Assembly (NCBI GenBank): GCA_964371245.1
Contig: CAYJKP010000003.1
Span: 8,986-72,985, forward strand
Origin: an uncultured Gammaproteobacteria bacterium
Lineage (GTDB): Bacteria > Patescibacteriota > Patescibacteriia > JAHIZJ01
Reading direction: 5' to 3'
Length of the DNA: 64,000 nucleotides
Numbering within the stretch: position 1 is the first letter of the stretch; the number at the start of each line of letters is the position of its first letter. Below the pieces are notes generated by a model that had not been told where the DNA came from, did not search any database, and saw only the letters and a program-made list of their open reading frames with translations. A program made the position numbers and the translations under genes. Below, one piece after another: positions 1-9,828 of the stretch.

Positions 1-360
1 TTCGACGAACGCCAATGTATCGGTATCGGCTTCGCTGCCTTTGAACCGGGGTCAAAACGGTTCCGCGGCGCCTGGTTCTGGGGCGAAGAAGGACCGGCCG
101 ATCCGCTCGCCCTCGGTCGCGCCTTGGCTATTATCGAGACCTTGCCGCACATTCAGCCAAACACGCTCTGCGGCGCCTACCTGGCCGCCAAGGGAACGAA
201 CGGCGACGGACCGACTTGCGTTCACGGCGTGCTGAGCGAACTTGGCAGTCAAGCCAACGTAATACTCGGGCAACCGCCTGATTGCCTGGAAGGACTGCTA
301 ACCAAACTCCGCCGGCGACACTATCCGATCGATGCGACCGTCTTTGCTCAGTCCGCCTGA
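1..360 (+). CDS. C-terminal fragment of an upstream gene, product unknown
   Basis: Frame 1 is open from base 1 to a TGA at 358-360; no recognisable motif. Confidence 0.35.
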   Translation, partial: FDERQCIGIGFAAFEPGSKRFRGAWFWGEEGPADPLALGRALAIIETLPHIQPNTLCGAYLAAKGTNGDGPTCVHGVLSELGSQANVILGQPPDCLEGLLTKLRRRHYPIDATVFAQSA

Positions 361-439
361 GGGCTTCCCCGCCCTCGTTTTTTACCCTTGAAAAATATTG
401 ACAGGTAGGCTATATTAGTCGAAGTACGTGACAAAGTAC

Positions 440-515
440 GGGCGCATAGCTCAGCTGGTAGAGCAGTTGCCTCTTAAGCAAACGGTCGGGGGTTCGAATC
501 CCTCTGCGCCCACCA
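440..515 (+). tRNA. tRNA-Lys (anticodon CTT), CCA encoded
   Basis: Cloverleaf folded by hand: acceptor GGGCGCA/TGCGCCC, D-arm GCTC..GAGC, anticodon loop CTCTTAA (U33-CTT-A37), T-arm GGGGG-TTCGAAT-CCCTC, 3' ACCA. Confidence 0.85.
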
Positions 516-897
516 TAGAAACCACGGACTGTGCTAAAAATAATAGTCATCGACTTCAAAAGCTAAAGCAGGGATTTGAAGGGCAGCAGTGAGCTAGCCC
601 AAAGGGCGCAGCGAGACGCCGGTGGAGTTGCCGGCGGCAAGTCCGCCGCTGCCCCAGACCCAAGTCCCCCGGGTCAAGCCCAGGGCAGGCCTCTGGGCAC
701 ACCATAAAACAATGGGGTCTATTGAGAAAATAAAAACGCTGAAAAGTCTACTTCCTCCACAGTAACCCACCACATTCCCGGTGGTGTTTTGTTGCCCGCT
801 TGACACATTTTAGTCGCCTGCTATACTGTGCCTATTCCGACGTATCCTACTTGTAGGATTAAGGAAGATATTAAAATAATCGTAATAAAAGGGCTAT

Positions 898-1152
898 ATG
901 ATGTCTCAATCACGTCAACACCACTGCCATTTTTACGGCACTACTATCCTGGGCGAAAAGGGCCAGGTCGTTATCCCGGCTGACGCGCGCCAAAGCTTGG
1001 AATTAGCGAAAGGTGAGCGTCTGATGGTTTTTAGCATGGGTCATAACACGGTGGTACTTATGAAAATGGCCAACGTGGAACGTTTCGCCGCCCACTTGTC
1101 CAGCCAGCTAGCCGGTCTCCAGAATATCCTGAAGAAAACCGGCCGCAAGTAA
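898..1152 (+). CDS. AbrB/MazE/SpoVT-family (swapped-hairpin) DNA-binding protein
   Basis: GEKGQVVIPADARQSLELAKGERLMVF is the typical SpoVT-AbrB looped-hinge-helix motif; 84 aa. Confidence 0.6.
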   Translation: MMSQSRQHHCHFYGTTILGEKGQVVIPADARQSLELAKGERLMVFSMGHNTVVLMKMANVERFAAHLSSQLAGLQNILKKTGRK

Positions 1153-1226
1153 CTGGCGGGTGATATAGATAATAAGCCTGCTCCAAGACTGCCGGCTTGT
1201 CTCATTCTTATTGATTAACGTTTAAA

Positions 1227-3002
1227 ATGAAAAAACTCTTCTCATATTTTAAGCCGTTTATTTGGCAACTACTCGTCCTTATCGCGATGGTTTTTCTGAT
1301 GGTCGCCGCCAATCTGACGTTGCCGGACTACATGGCCAAAATCATCAACGACGGTATTGTCGTCCAGAATTCGCATCTCGTCTGGACCACCGGTGCGCTG
1401 ATGTTGGCTATGGCGCTGGGCGGTGGTTTGGCCAACATCGTCGTCGGCTATTTTGCCGCCCGCATCGCCACCGGCTTCGCCAAAACGATCCGCGAACGGG
1501 TGTTTACGAAAGTCGAGAGTTTTTCCCTGACCGAGTTTAATACCTTTTCCACGGCCTCGCTCATCACCCGCTCGACGAACGATATCCAGCAGATTCAGAC
1601 GGTTCTTGTCATGATCCTTCGTCTCGCGCTCATGGCGCCGATCATGGGTATTTGGGCGATCGCGAAGGCCTACCAAAACGCTCCGTCCATGACCTGGATC
1701 ATGGGACTGGCCGTCGGCGTGCTCCTGACGATTATTGTCGTCCTTTTTTCCATCGCCCTGCCGCGATTTAGACGCCTGCAAAAATTGGTTGACCGACTGA
1801 ACCTCGTGACGCGCGAGATTTTGACGGGACTGCGCGTGATTCGAGCGTTCAATCGCGAGGCCTATGAAGAAAAAAAGTTTGACGCGGCCAATGTCGATCT
1901 AACGAACGTAAATCTATTTGTCAATCGCCTGATGGTAATCATGCAGCCGATCATGATGCTAATTTTAAACGTGACCGCGATTGGTATCGTTTGGGTTGGG
2001 GCGCACCTCATTGAATCGGGCAGCCTGCAGATCGGCGGCATGATGGCCTTTATGATCTACGCCAGCCAGGTTATTTTTGCCTTCTTGATGATTTCGATTA
2101 TTTTTATCATGGTGCCGCGCGCCTCCGTCTCAGCCCAGCGCGTGGCTGAAGTGCTTGAAACCGAAGCGACAATTACTGACCCTGATCAACCCGTAACGCC
2201 AGCGAAAGTCACGGGTCAGGTTGAATTCGACCACGTTACGTTTACGTATCCCGGAGCTGACACAGCGGTTCTCGAAAATATCACCTTTACCGCCCAGCCT
2301 GGACAGACAACGGCTTTTGTCGGCAGCACCGGCAGCGGTAAGTCAACCCTGATTAATCTGATACCGCGTTTTTACGACGTGTCCGACGGCGTTATCCGAG
2401 TTGACGGGGTCGACATCCGACAGATGCGCCAGGAGGATCTCTACGCCAAGATCGGCTATGTGCCGCAGAAAGGCGTCCTTTTTTCCGGCAGCGTGATTTC
2501 GAATTTGAAATACGGAGCGCCCCACGCAACCAATGAAGACGTCAAACGCGCGGTTGATATCGCCCAGGCCAACGAGTTCGTCACTCACCTCCCTGGTGCG
2601 TACGAGGCGCCGATCGCTCAAGGCGGAACAAATATATCCGGCGGTCAAAAACAACGCCTGTCCATCGCCCGGGCATTAATCCGTCGGCCCGAAATCATTA
2701 TTTTTGACGATAGCTTTTCAGCGCTTGACTTTGCCACTGACGCACGTCTGCGCCACGCCCTGAAAGCAGAAACCCGGGGTCAAACCGTTCTGATTGTCGC
2801 CCAACGAATCAGCACAATCATGGATGCCGATAAAATCATCGTTCTTGACGAAGGCCGGATCGTCGGCCAAGGTAGGCATGCCGAGCTGATGAAATCATGT
2901 CCTGTCTATCGGGAAATCGCGCTTTCTCAACTCTCGGAGGAAGAGCTTCGTGGACGCTTCCAGAACTCTAAAAACGGTAACCTCGCACCGGAGGCTCTAT
3001 GA
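1227..3002 (+). CDS. ABC exporter permease/ATPase fusion, subunit with degenerate Walker B (heterodimer partner 1)
   Basis: N-terminal 6-TM domain; Walker A GSTGSGKST; signature ISGGQKQRLSIARA; Walker B IIFDDSFSALD has DS where the catalytic E normally sits. Confidence 0.85.
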   Translation: MKKLFSYFKPFIWQLLVLIAMVFLMVAANLTLPDYMAKIINDGIVVQNSHLVWTTGALMLAMALGGGLANIVVGYFAARIATGFAKTIRERVFTKVESFSLTEFNTFSTASLITRSTNDIQQIQTVLVMILRLALMAPIMGIWAIAKAYQNAPSMTWIMGLAVGVLLTIIVVLFSIALPRFRRLQKLVDRLNLVTREILTGLRVIRAFNREAYEEKKFDAANVDLTNVNLFVNRLMVIMQPIMMLILNVTAIGIVWVGAHLIESGSLQIGGMMAFMIYASQVIFAFLMISIIFIMVPRASVSAQRVAEVLETEATITDPDQPVTPAKVTGQVEFDHVTFTYPGADTAVLENITFTAQPGQTTAFVGSTGSGKSTLINLIPRFYDVSDGVIRVDGVDIRQMRQEDLYAKIGYVPQKGVLFSGSVISNLKYGAPHATNEDVKRAVDIAQANEFVTHLPGAYEAPIAQGGTNISGGQKQRLSIARALIRRPEIIIFDDSFSALDFATDARLRHALKAETRGQTVLIVAQRISTIMDADKIIVLDEGRIVGQGRHAELMKSCPVYREIALSQLSEEELRGRFQNSKNGNLAPEAL

Positions 3003-5038
3003 GTGAACAACCACGGAAAACCTCAACTTCCGGTGATCTTCCGCCAGCGCCACCCAGCCGGTTTGGGCCGATGGGTCGCGGTGGCCCCATGGGCATGATG
3101 GCAGCAGGACCGAAGGCCAAGAATTTCAAACGGACCATGCGCCAGTTGATTTCATACTTGCGTCCGTTTTGGATTCAAATCGTCGTGGTCCTTGTCTTTG
3201 CCATCGCCAGTACCATCTTCGCGATTGTCAGCCCAAAGATTCTCGGCCAAATGACAAACCAGGTAGTGACCGACTTCATTCAGCGCACTGCCTATACCCA
3301 ATTAACTGATAAGTTGCCGCCAGGCACGACGCTGCCGCCAGGCACGACCGGCGAACAACTTATTCAGCGTTTACCATCATCCGTGGTCGATAAAATACCC
3401 TCCAACGCGCTCAACACCATCAAGTCGCTCGACTTGTCCACAAAGCCGGTCTTTCACTACGACAAACTCATTACGATCGCCGAGGAGTTGCTTCTTCTAT
3501 ATGGCTTAAGCGCGCTGTTTAGCTATATCCAGGGTTGGGTTATGACAAACGTATCACAGAAGATTAGTTACCGGTTTCGGCACGATATTTCTACAAAAAT
3601 CGGCCGGATGCCCCTGAAATATTTCGATACGCAGACCCACGGCGAGGTCTTAAGTCGCGTCACCAACGACGTCGATACGGTCAGTCAGACGCTGAATCAG
3701 AGCCTCACCCAAGTGGTCACGTCCGCCACCATGATTATCGGCGTTCTGGCCATGATGTTGTCGATCAGTTGGCAGCTGACGCTGGTTTCTGTCATTGCTC
3801 TGCCGATCAGTTTTGGCGTGATCGCGCTGATCACAAAACGCTCCCAGCGGTATTTTAAAGAGCAGCAAGACACGCTCGGTCATATCAACGGCCATATCGA
3901 AGAAATGTATAGCGGCCATAGCGTCATGAAGGTCTTCAACGGCCAACAACGCTCTATCGCAAAATTCACCGGCATCAATAACGATCTCTACCGAAGCGCC
4001 TGGAAGTCTCAGTTCCTTTCCGGGCTGATGTTTCCGCTGATGAATTTTATCGGCAATTTAAATTTCGTCGCCGTCTCTGTGCTCGGCGGCTGGCTGGCGA
4101 TCAATGGCCGAGTAAACATCGGGGACATACAGGCGTTTATCCAATATCTCAATCTCTTTACTCAGCCGATTGCTCAAACAGCCAATATCGCAAATGTTTT
4201 TCAGTCGACCGCGGCCTCGGCTGAGCGGGTATTCGAGTTTTTGGCCGAGGCTGAAGAAACAACCGATCCAGCCGGCGCTCGTGACATTGCGCAGGTGAAT
4301 GGTGCCGTCGAATTTGATCACGTCGTCTTCGGCTATGATGCGGGCAAGACCGTTATTAAGAATTTCACCGCGAAGATCCATCCCGGCCAGCGCGTGGCCA
4401 TCGTCGGACCGACCGGCGCCGGAAAAACCACCCTCGTTAATCTGCTCATGCGATTCTATGATGTCAACGGCGGCGCGATAAAAATCGACGGCATCGATAC
4501 CCGAACATTGAAGCGTTCGAGTGTCCGTCGGCTTTTCGGCATGGTCCTTCAGGACACTTGGCTTTTTAATGGCACGATCCGCGAGAACCTCGCCTATGGT
4601 AAGCCGGACGCGTCTGAAGCGGAGATCGTTGAGGCGGCCAAGGCGGCGCATGTCGACCATTTTGTCCATTCGCTCCCGCATGGGTATGACATGATGCTCG
4701 GCGAGGAAGCAGATAATATTTCCCAGGGCGAGAAACAGCTCCTGACCATTGCTCGGGCAATGCTCATCAAGACGCCAATGCTTATTCTTGACGAAGCCAC
4801 GAGCTCGGTTGATACCCGCACTGAGGTGTTGATACAGCAAGCCATGGAGCGACTCATGCGCGGCAAGACAAGTTTCGTGATTGCCCACCGACTCTCAACC
4901 ATCCGTCATGCTGACCTCATCCTGGTCATACGCGACGGCAACATTGTCGAGCAGGGTACGCATGAGGACCTGCTCGCTCGGGATGGCTATTATGCCTCCT
5001 TGTATAACAGCCAATTTGCTACGTCAGCGATGGCATAA
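2999..5038 (+). CDS. ABC exporter permease/ATPase fusion, subunit with degenerate signature (heterodimer partner 2)
   Basis: ATGA overlap with upstream gene; Walker A GPTGAGKTT; canonical Walker B LILDEATSSVD; signature ISQGEKQ instead of LSGGQ; long first extracellular loop with a LPPGTT LPPGTT repeat. Confidence 0.85.
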   Translation: MSEQPRKTSTSGDLPPAPPSRFGPMGRGGPMGMMAAGPKAKNFKRTMRQLISYLRPFWIQIVVVLVFAIASTIFAIVSPKILGQMTNQVVTDFIQRTAYTQLTDKLPPGTTLPPGTTGEQLIQRLPSSVVDKIPSNALNTIKSLDLSTKPVFHYDKLITIAEELLLLYGLSALFSYIQGWVMTNVSQKISYRFRHDISTKIGRMPLKYFDTQTHGEVLSRVTNDVDTVSQTLNQSLTQVVTSATMIIGVLAMMLSISWQLTLVSVIALPISFGVIALITKRSQRYFKEQQDTLGHINGHIEEMYSGHSVMKVFNGQQRSIAKFTGINNDLYRSAWKSQFLSGLMFPLMNFIGNLNFVAVSVLGGWLAINGRVNIGDIQAFIQYLNLFTQPIAQTANIANVFQSTAASAERVFEFLAEAEETTDPAGARDIAQVNGAVEFDHVVFGYDAGKTVIKNFTAKIHPGQRVAIVGPTGAGKTTLVNLLMRFYDVNGGAIKIDGIDTRTLKRSSVRRLFGMVLQDTWLFNGTIRENLAYGKPDASEAEIVEAAKAAHVDHFVHSLPHGYDMMLGEEADNISQGEKQLLTIARAMLIKTPMLILDEATSSVDTRTEVLIQQAMERLMRGKTSFVIAHRLSTIRHADLILVIRDGNIVEQGTHEDLLARDGYYASLYNSQFATSAMA

Positions 5039-5138
5039 GCACGGTTTTAGAGTATAGTTATCAACAGGTGAGAATAATATTAATGGCTATTTTTAGCGCT
5101 TTTCTTTACTTTTGTGAGGAATATTTTCCCCTTCGTAG

Positions 5139-5144
5139 TATAAT
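5139..5144 (+). promoter_or_regulatory. candidate -10 hexamer (TATAAT) upstream of the two-component operon
   Basis: Exact TATAAT 40 bp upstream of the ATG at 5184, in AT-rich spacer; -35 unclear (TTGTGA at 5112-5117 is spaced too far). Confidence 0.3.
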
Positions 5145-5183
5145 ATTCAGTAATAATTCAGTATTGTGCAATATTCTTTAAAC

Positions 5184-5858
5184 ATGAGAATTCTTATTAT
5201 CGAAGATGAACATAAAATCGCTCAGGCACTGAAGCGCGGTCTCGAACAAGAATCGTTCGCGGCCGACGCGGTCTTTGACGGTGAACAGGGCATGGCGCGT
5301 GCATTGCGTGGACAATTTGACCTGCTTATCCTCGATCGCATGCTGCCCGGTGTCCGGGATGGCCTGGATATTTGCCAAGCTATGCGGGCCAAGGGCTTAC
5401 ACCAGCCAATTCTCGTTCTAACCGCCCGCGACAAAACAAATGATCGCGTCGAGGGGCTCGATGGCGGCGCTGATGACTATCTCGTTAAACCGTTTTCATT
5501 TGAGGAGTTGCTGGCTCGAATCCGGGCGCTCCTTCGCCGACCGGACAAGACCGTCGGTACTGTGCTGCGTCATGGCGAACTCGAGCTCGATGCCCGTGCC
5601 TTCGAAGTAAAACGCGCCGGCACGCGCATCCCTCTTTCAAAAAAAGAGTTTGCTTTACTTGACTATTTGATGCGGAATGCTGGCCGGATAATCTCGAAAG
5701 ATCAAATCATCCAGCATGTCTGGGATTTTGATTCAGATATTTTACCAAATACGGTCGAGGCGTTTATTGCCTCGCTCAGAAAGAAGATTGACCAGCCATT
5801 TCCGGGCAAACCAATAATCACCACTGTTCGCGGATTCGGCTATCAATTAATTGCCTAA
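5184..5858 (+). CDS. OmpR-family response regulator (receiver + winged helix)
   Basis: MRILIIEDEHKIA...DLLILDRMLPG receiver; C-terminal winged helix VRGFGYQL; ATG at 5184 preferred over the GTG at 5166. Confidence 0.85.
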   Translation: MRILIIEDEHKIAQALKRGLEQESFAADAVFDGEQGMARALRGQFDLLILDRMLPGVRDGLDICQAMRAKGLHQPILVLTARDKTNDRVEGLDGGADDYLVKPFSFEELLARIRALLRRPDKTVGTVLRHGELELDARAFEVKRAGTRIPLSKKEFALLDYLMRNAGRIISKDQIIQHVWDFDSDILPNTVEAFIASLRKKIDQPFPGKPIITTVRGFGYQLIA

Positions 5859-5864
5859 TTTTTT

Positions 5865-6890
5865 ATGAAATTAAACGCCCCGACGCTTCGGTTGGCCGGC
5901 TGGTACACGCTCATCATGATGTGCCTCAGTATTTCCTTCAGCGTCGCCATCTATCAAATATCGCCTGGCCAGATTGGTTCTGGTCTCCGCCACCAAGCCG
6001 AAATTTTTCGATATCGCGACGATGATGCTCCGCCGCTAATGATGTTCAATCCGATCGAGGAAGAATTCCTTCAGGCCCAAATCATCGAGGTAAGAAACCA
6101 GCTTCGCACAACCTTGATCATTTTAAACGGCGCGATTCTTCTGGTGGCCGGCGCAGTCAGCTATTTCCTGGCTCGGCGCGTGTTGAAACCGATCGAGGAC
6201 AACCTCGAAACACAGCGTCAATTCACGGCCGACGCCTCGCATGAGCTTCGGACACCGCTCACGGCTATGCGGACCGAAATCGAGGTGGCATTGCGCGACA
6301 CCGCTGCCGATGATCATGATTTTCGGGACATCTTGCGGAGCAATCTTGAGGAGGTCCAGCGACTTGAGGGTTTGACGACTGGACTATTGCGCCTCGCTCG
6401 ACATGATAATAGCGGGTACACCCGGCCAACCGCGACCGTATCTATTGCTTCTGCCAGCGACGAGGCGATCCAACGCGTGTCCAGTTTAGCCAAGAAGAAG
6501 AATATTACACTCAAACGAAAGGCGCTCGACGGCACCGTTCTCGGTGATAGCCACAGCCTGGTAGAACTTCTCGTTATTTTACTTGATAATGCAATCAAGT
6601 ACAGTCCCGACAAGACGAACGTGGAAATCAGTTCGCAAACCAAGGCTGGCCGGACCACGATCACGATTGCTGACCGCGGCCTCGGCATCCGCGCGACTGA
6701 TTTGCCTCATATTTTCGACCGTTTTTATCGCGCTGACGTCTCACGTTCAAAACACCGCGTCGACGGCTTTGGCCTCGGCCTCCCGATCGCGAAACAAATC
6801 GTCGAGCAGCATTATGGCACGATCGAGGTGAAGAGCGAACTCGACAAAGGCACAGTCGTGACTGTCCGTCTGCCGGCTGGCCGGACCTGA
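5865..6890 (+). CDS. sensor histidine kinase
   Basis: Two N-terminal TM helices; H-box ADASHELRTPLTAM; HATPase motifs DRGLGI, GFGLGLPIAK. Confidence 0.85.
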   Translation: MKLNAPTLRLAGWYTLIMMCLSISFSVAIYQISPGQIGSGLRHQAEIFRYRDDDAPPLMMFNPIEEEFLQAQIIEVRNQLRTTLIILNGAILLVAGAVSYFLARRVLKPIEDNLETQRQFTADASHELRTPLTAMRTEIEVALRDTAADDHDFRDILRSNLEEVQRLEGLTTGLLRLARHDNSGYTRPTATVSIASASDEAIQRVSSLAKKKNITLKRKALDGTVLGDSHSLVELLVILLDNAIKYSPDKTNVEISSQTKAGRTTITIADRGLGIRATDLPHIFDRFYRADVSRSKHRVDGFGLGLPIAKQIVEQHYGTIEVKSELDKGTVVTVRLPAGRT

Positions 6891-7030
6891 TCCGGGCGCG
6901 ACTGTATTTCTGCTCCACCGGCGGACGCTCGTCAATAAGATTCCGTTTCTTTTTGTGCACCGCCTGGCTCAAGGTAAGCCGATAGACCTTCCGATAAATC
7001 GTATTTGAATCATTTTCTATTCATTGCAAT

Positions 7031-7357
7031 ATGAACACCTCACCCACGACAACGCCACATGCTCACTTAAGTCTTGTTATTAACGATTACGGCGACCAGC
7101 TTGGTTTTTCCACGACCGCGAGTTTACCGGATATTATCGTCAACATCATCCGTTATGCCCTCAGTTTTCTCGCGCTTGCCGCCGTGATCATGATAATATT
7201 CGGCGGCTTTCTCTGGTTAGTCTCGGGGGGCGATGAGGAGCGCATCAATTCAGCCAAGCGAACCATTTCTGGCGCGATTGTTGGTCTGATTATTGTTTTG
7301 CTCGCTTGGGCATTCGTCAGTTTCATCGTCGGCGGCGTAACCGGTCAAACTGGCTAG
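7031..7357 (+). CDS. small two-TM membrane protein, hypothetical
   Basis: 108 aa; two hydrophobic helices separated by GGDEERINSAKR. Confidence 0.5.
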   Translation: MNTSPTTTPHAHLSLVINDYGDQLGFSTTASLPDIIVNIIRYALSFLALAAVIMIIFGGFLWLVSGGDEERINSAKRTISGAIVGLIIVLLAWAFVSFIVGGVTGQTG

Positions 7358-7414
7358 CTTCCTTTATTTCTCGTGCGGAACGTAGCGGCGCGCTAATCAT
7401 TAAATGATTTTACT

Positions 7415-8029
7415 ATGCCCTACAACATTCGGCCGAATAAAAAACTGCTCAAGCACACGCTGACAGCCCTGGCCACGCGTGGCATTCAGACTCAATTAAC
7501 CGATACCAGGGATCAGGCGCTTGAAGAATTACGAAAACTTCTTCCCAAAGGTGCCGAACTCATGACGGGCAGCTCGACCACCCTCGAGCAAATTGGGTTT
7601 ACTGATTTATTGAAAAGTGACCAACATCCCTGGAAAAATTTGAAAGCCGCGCTCCTGGCGGAAAAGAATCCGGTCAAACAATCGCTCTTGCGGAAACAAG
7701 CGACGCTGGCCGACTATTATATTGGCAGCGTTCAGGCCATAACGGAAACCGGACAGGTGCTTATTGCCTCGAATACCGGCAGCCAAATACCGGCCTACGC
7801 TTTTTCCAGCCCGCACGTGATCTGGGTGGTCGGAACGCAAAAAATTGTTGCCACACTTGAAGATGGATTACGGCGGATTCGCGACTATTGTTTGCCGCAT
7901 GAGGATCAGCGGATGAAAAAAAACGGCCTCCCGGGAAGTGCGCTTGGTAAAATCTTAATATTTGAGCGAGAAACATCCGCGCGTCGATCACTTCGTATGA
8001 TCTTGGTGAACAAAGTCCTGGGATTCTAA
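7415..8029 (+). CDS. LUD-domain (LutC/YkgG-like) protein
   Basis: 204 aa; overall resemblance to the DUF162/LUD fold (IASNTGSQ... VIWVVGTQKIV); weak assignment. Confidence 0.4.
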   Translation: MPYNIRPNKKLLKHTLTALATRGIQTQLTDTRDQALEELRKLLPKGAELMTGSSTTLEQIGFTDLLKSDQHPWKNLKAALLAEKNPVKQSLLRKQATLADYYIGSVQAITETGQVLIASNTGSQIPAYAFSSPHVIWVVGTQKIVATLEDGLRRIRDYCLPHEDQRMKKNGLPGSALGKILIFERETSARRSLRMILVNKVLGF

Positions 8030-8202
8030 TTCACGTTTCGTTTCATTATTAGACAGAAAAACGTTCTTGCCAGACAGAGCGTTTTTTATATCAATCGTGT
8101 GCTTCTTCAGCGTTGTTTCAGTTTTGCTGTATACACTTATCCACAGCCACCCTTCATTTATCACGTTGAAATATTCATTTCTGATTTATTACTACCACCC
8201 AC

Positions 8203-9828
8203 ATGTTTGTTCTTCGTTACTTGAAAGGCGAACTTTTGCACCGGCCAGGTAAGACAATCACCGTATCGCTGGGACTGGCCGTGGCCGGCGCTATCATCAT
8301 CGCAATCATTTCCGTCTCACAGAGTCTCTCGGCCGCCCAAAAGACTGTTTTAAATCCTCTTTCGAGTGTTGGCACCGACATCATGATCAGTCGGACCGTG
8401 ACGCAAGATGAGCTCAGTAAATTGGATGACGCCACGCGAGAAGAGGCCCTGGTTGATAACCGGGTGATGACGGATTTCGCGAAGCTCGGGGAGCCCGGCG
8501 AAGCGTTTACAAACGACACGCTCATGCCCGGCAGCATGCTAACCTTTGCCGCCGCTGACACGCAAAAGATCGATGCGTCTTTGGTAAAAGCCTATGCGGG
8601 CGGGCTTGTTTTAAACGTCGTCCATCAAGAAGGGACAATTCCAAAACTGGCGGCTGACATCGAAGTCGGCGGCCAGAGCATTGGCTTCCGGCAAGAATTT
8701 CAAATGAGCGACGCGGATCGCGAGGCCTTTATGGAGGCGCAGCAAAAAGCCATGGCCGATCTGAAAGCGAAAGGCATTGACCCAAACTCCGAAGAAGGCC
8801 GCCAGCTATTACGCGACTCAATGCCAAAGCCAACACAGAGCGTCAGCGGCGAGGTCGTTGTTCCGAAAGAAACCATTCATCAGGAAATCGGTTCATTTTC
8901 AACCGATGTGAAAACAGAAAATTTCACACTCGGCGGCGTTGACACGAACAAAACCGATATCGGCCTAATTCTGCCAAACCAAATAGTCGAAGGCCGCTAT
9001 CTCGAACAATCAAGTGAAGTCGTCGCCACGCGTGCATTTGCTCAGAAAAAGAATTTCGCCCTCAACGGGACGATTGACATCGGTGGTAAAAAATTCACTC
9101 TCGTCGGCATTGTCGATCCGAAGCTCTACACCTTGTCAGCCGATTTATACATGTCACTGGCTGATGCGCAGTCGCTGGCAGGCCGTGATGGCCGGATCAA
9201 CGTCCTGCTTGTGAAAGCAAATAATGCTGACCAGGTGACTGCGACTGGCGCCAGCGTGGCTGCGCTTTTTTCGGGCGCCAAGGTAACCGACGCGTCTGAA
9301 ACTGCCAATCAAGTCTCTGGCAGTTTAGTCAGCGCTTCGAACCTGACAAATAAATTTATCGGCATCACCAGTATTGTGGTTGTCGGCGCTGCCCTAGTGA
9401 TTGTCAGTCTCTTGACGGTGTTGTCGGTCAATAAACGAGTGCGTGAGCTTGGGACACTCAAGGCGATCGGCTGGAGCAATGGGAAAATTATCCGGCAGAT
9501 TGCTCTGGAAAATCTCGTGGTCGGGATTATCGGCGCCGGACTCGGGGTCGGTCTCGGTGTGCTTGGTTTGTGGCTTGTGAATCATTTCGATATCACCTTG
9601 TCGGCGACTTTTGAAACCACGCAAAACGGGATGAATATGATGCGGCGTTTTCTCGAAGGAACTAAACCTGAGGTGTCGGCCACGGTTCCGCTGCAAGTCA
9701 ATCTCTCGGCCATGGTCCTTGGTCTTGGTGCCGGGGTTGCACTTCTCGGCGCGGTCGTGGCCGGCTTTTTTGCTTCGCTTAAGGCTTCCCGGATGAAACC
9801 GCAAGAAGCGCTCCGTAACATTGAATAA
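8203..9828 (+). CDS. MacB/FtsX-type ABC transporter permease with large extracytoplasmic domain
   Basis: N-terminal TM, then ~350 aa soluble region, then three C-terminal TM helices (FtsX topology); 8-nt overlap with downstream ATPase gene. Confidence 0.75.
   Translation: MFVLRYLKGELLHRPGKTITVSLGLAVAGAIIIAIISVSQSLSAAQKTVLNPLSSVGTDIMISRTVTQDELSKLDDATREEALVDNRVMTDFAKLGEPGEAFTNDTLMPGSMLTFAAADTQKIDASLVKAYAGGLVLNVVHQEGTIPKLAADIEVGGQSIGFRQEFQMSDADREAFMEAQQKAMADLKAKGIDPNSEEGRQLLRDSMPKPTQSVSGEVVVPKETIHQEIGSFSTDVKTENFTLGGVDTNKTDIGLILPNQIVEGRYLEQSSEVVATRAFAQKKNFALNGTIDIGGKKFTLVGIVDPKLYTLSADLYMSLADAQSLAGRDGRINVLLVKANNADQVTATGASVAALFSGAKVTDASETANQVSGSLVSASNLTNKFIGITSIVVVGAALVIVSLLTVLSVNKRVRELGTLKAIGWSNGKIIRQIALENLVVGIIGAGLGVGLGVLGLWLVNHFDITLSATFETTQNGMNMMRRFLEGTKPEVSATVPLQVNLSAMVLGLGAGVALLGAVVAGFFASLKASRMKPQEALRNIE

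Noticed and set aside
590-720. tmRNA, SRP RNA or RNase P RNA in the GC-rich element
   Set aside because: No tmRNA 5' end or tRNA-like T-arm. No SRP domain IV motif (AGGUCCGGAAGGAAGCAGC). The AAGTCCG resemblance to RNase P P4 has no complementary 3' strand nearby. A residual possibility is kept as a low-interest finding.
594-806. 70-aa minus-strand ORF over the GC-rich element
   Set aside because: Gly/Ser/Trp-rich low-complexity translation typical of a reading frame through GC-rich non-coding DNA; no start context or motif.
1262-1781. Antisense and overlapping small ORFs inside the ABC exporter genes (also 3650-3949, 4058-4888, 4594-4902)
   Set aside because: They are embedded in well-supported long ORFs with clear Walker motifs. 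They are Arg/His-rich shadow frames typical of GC-balanced coding DNA.
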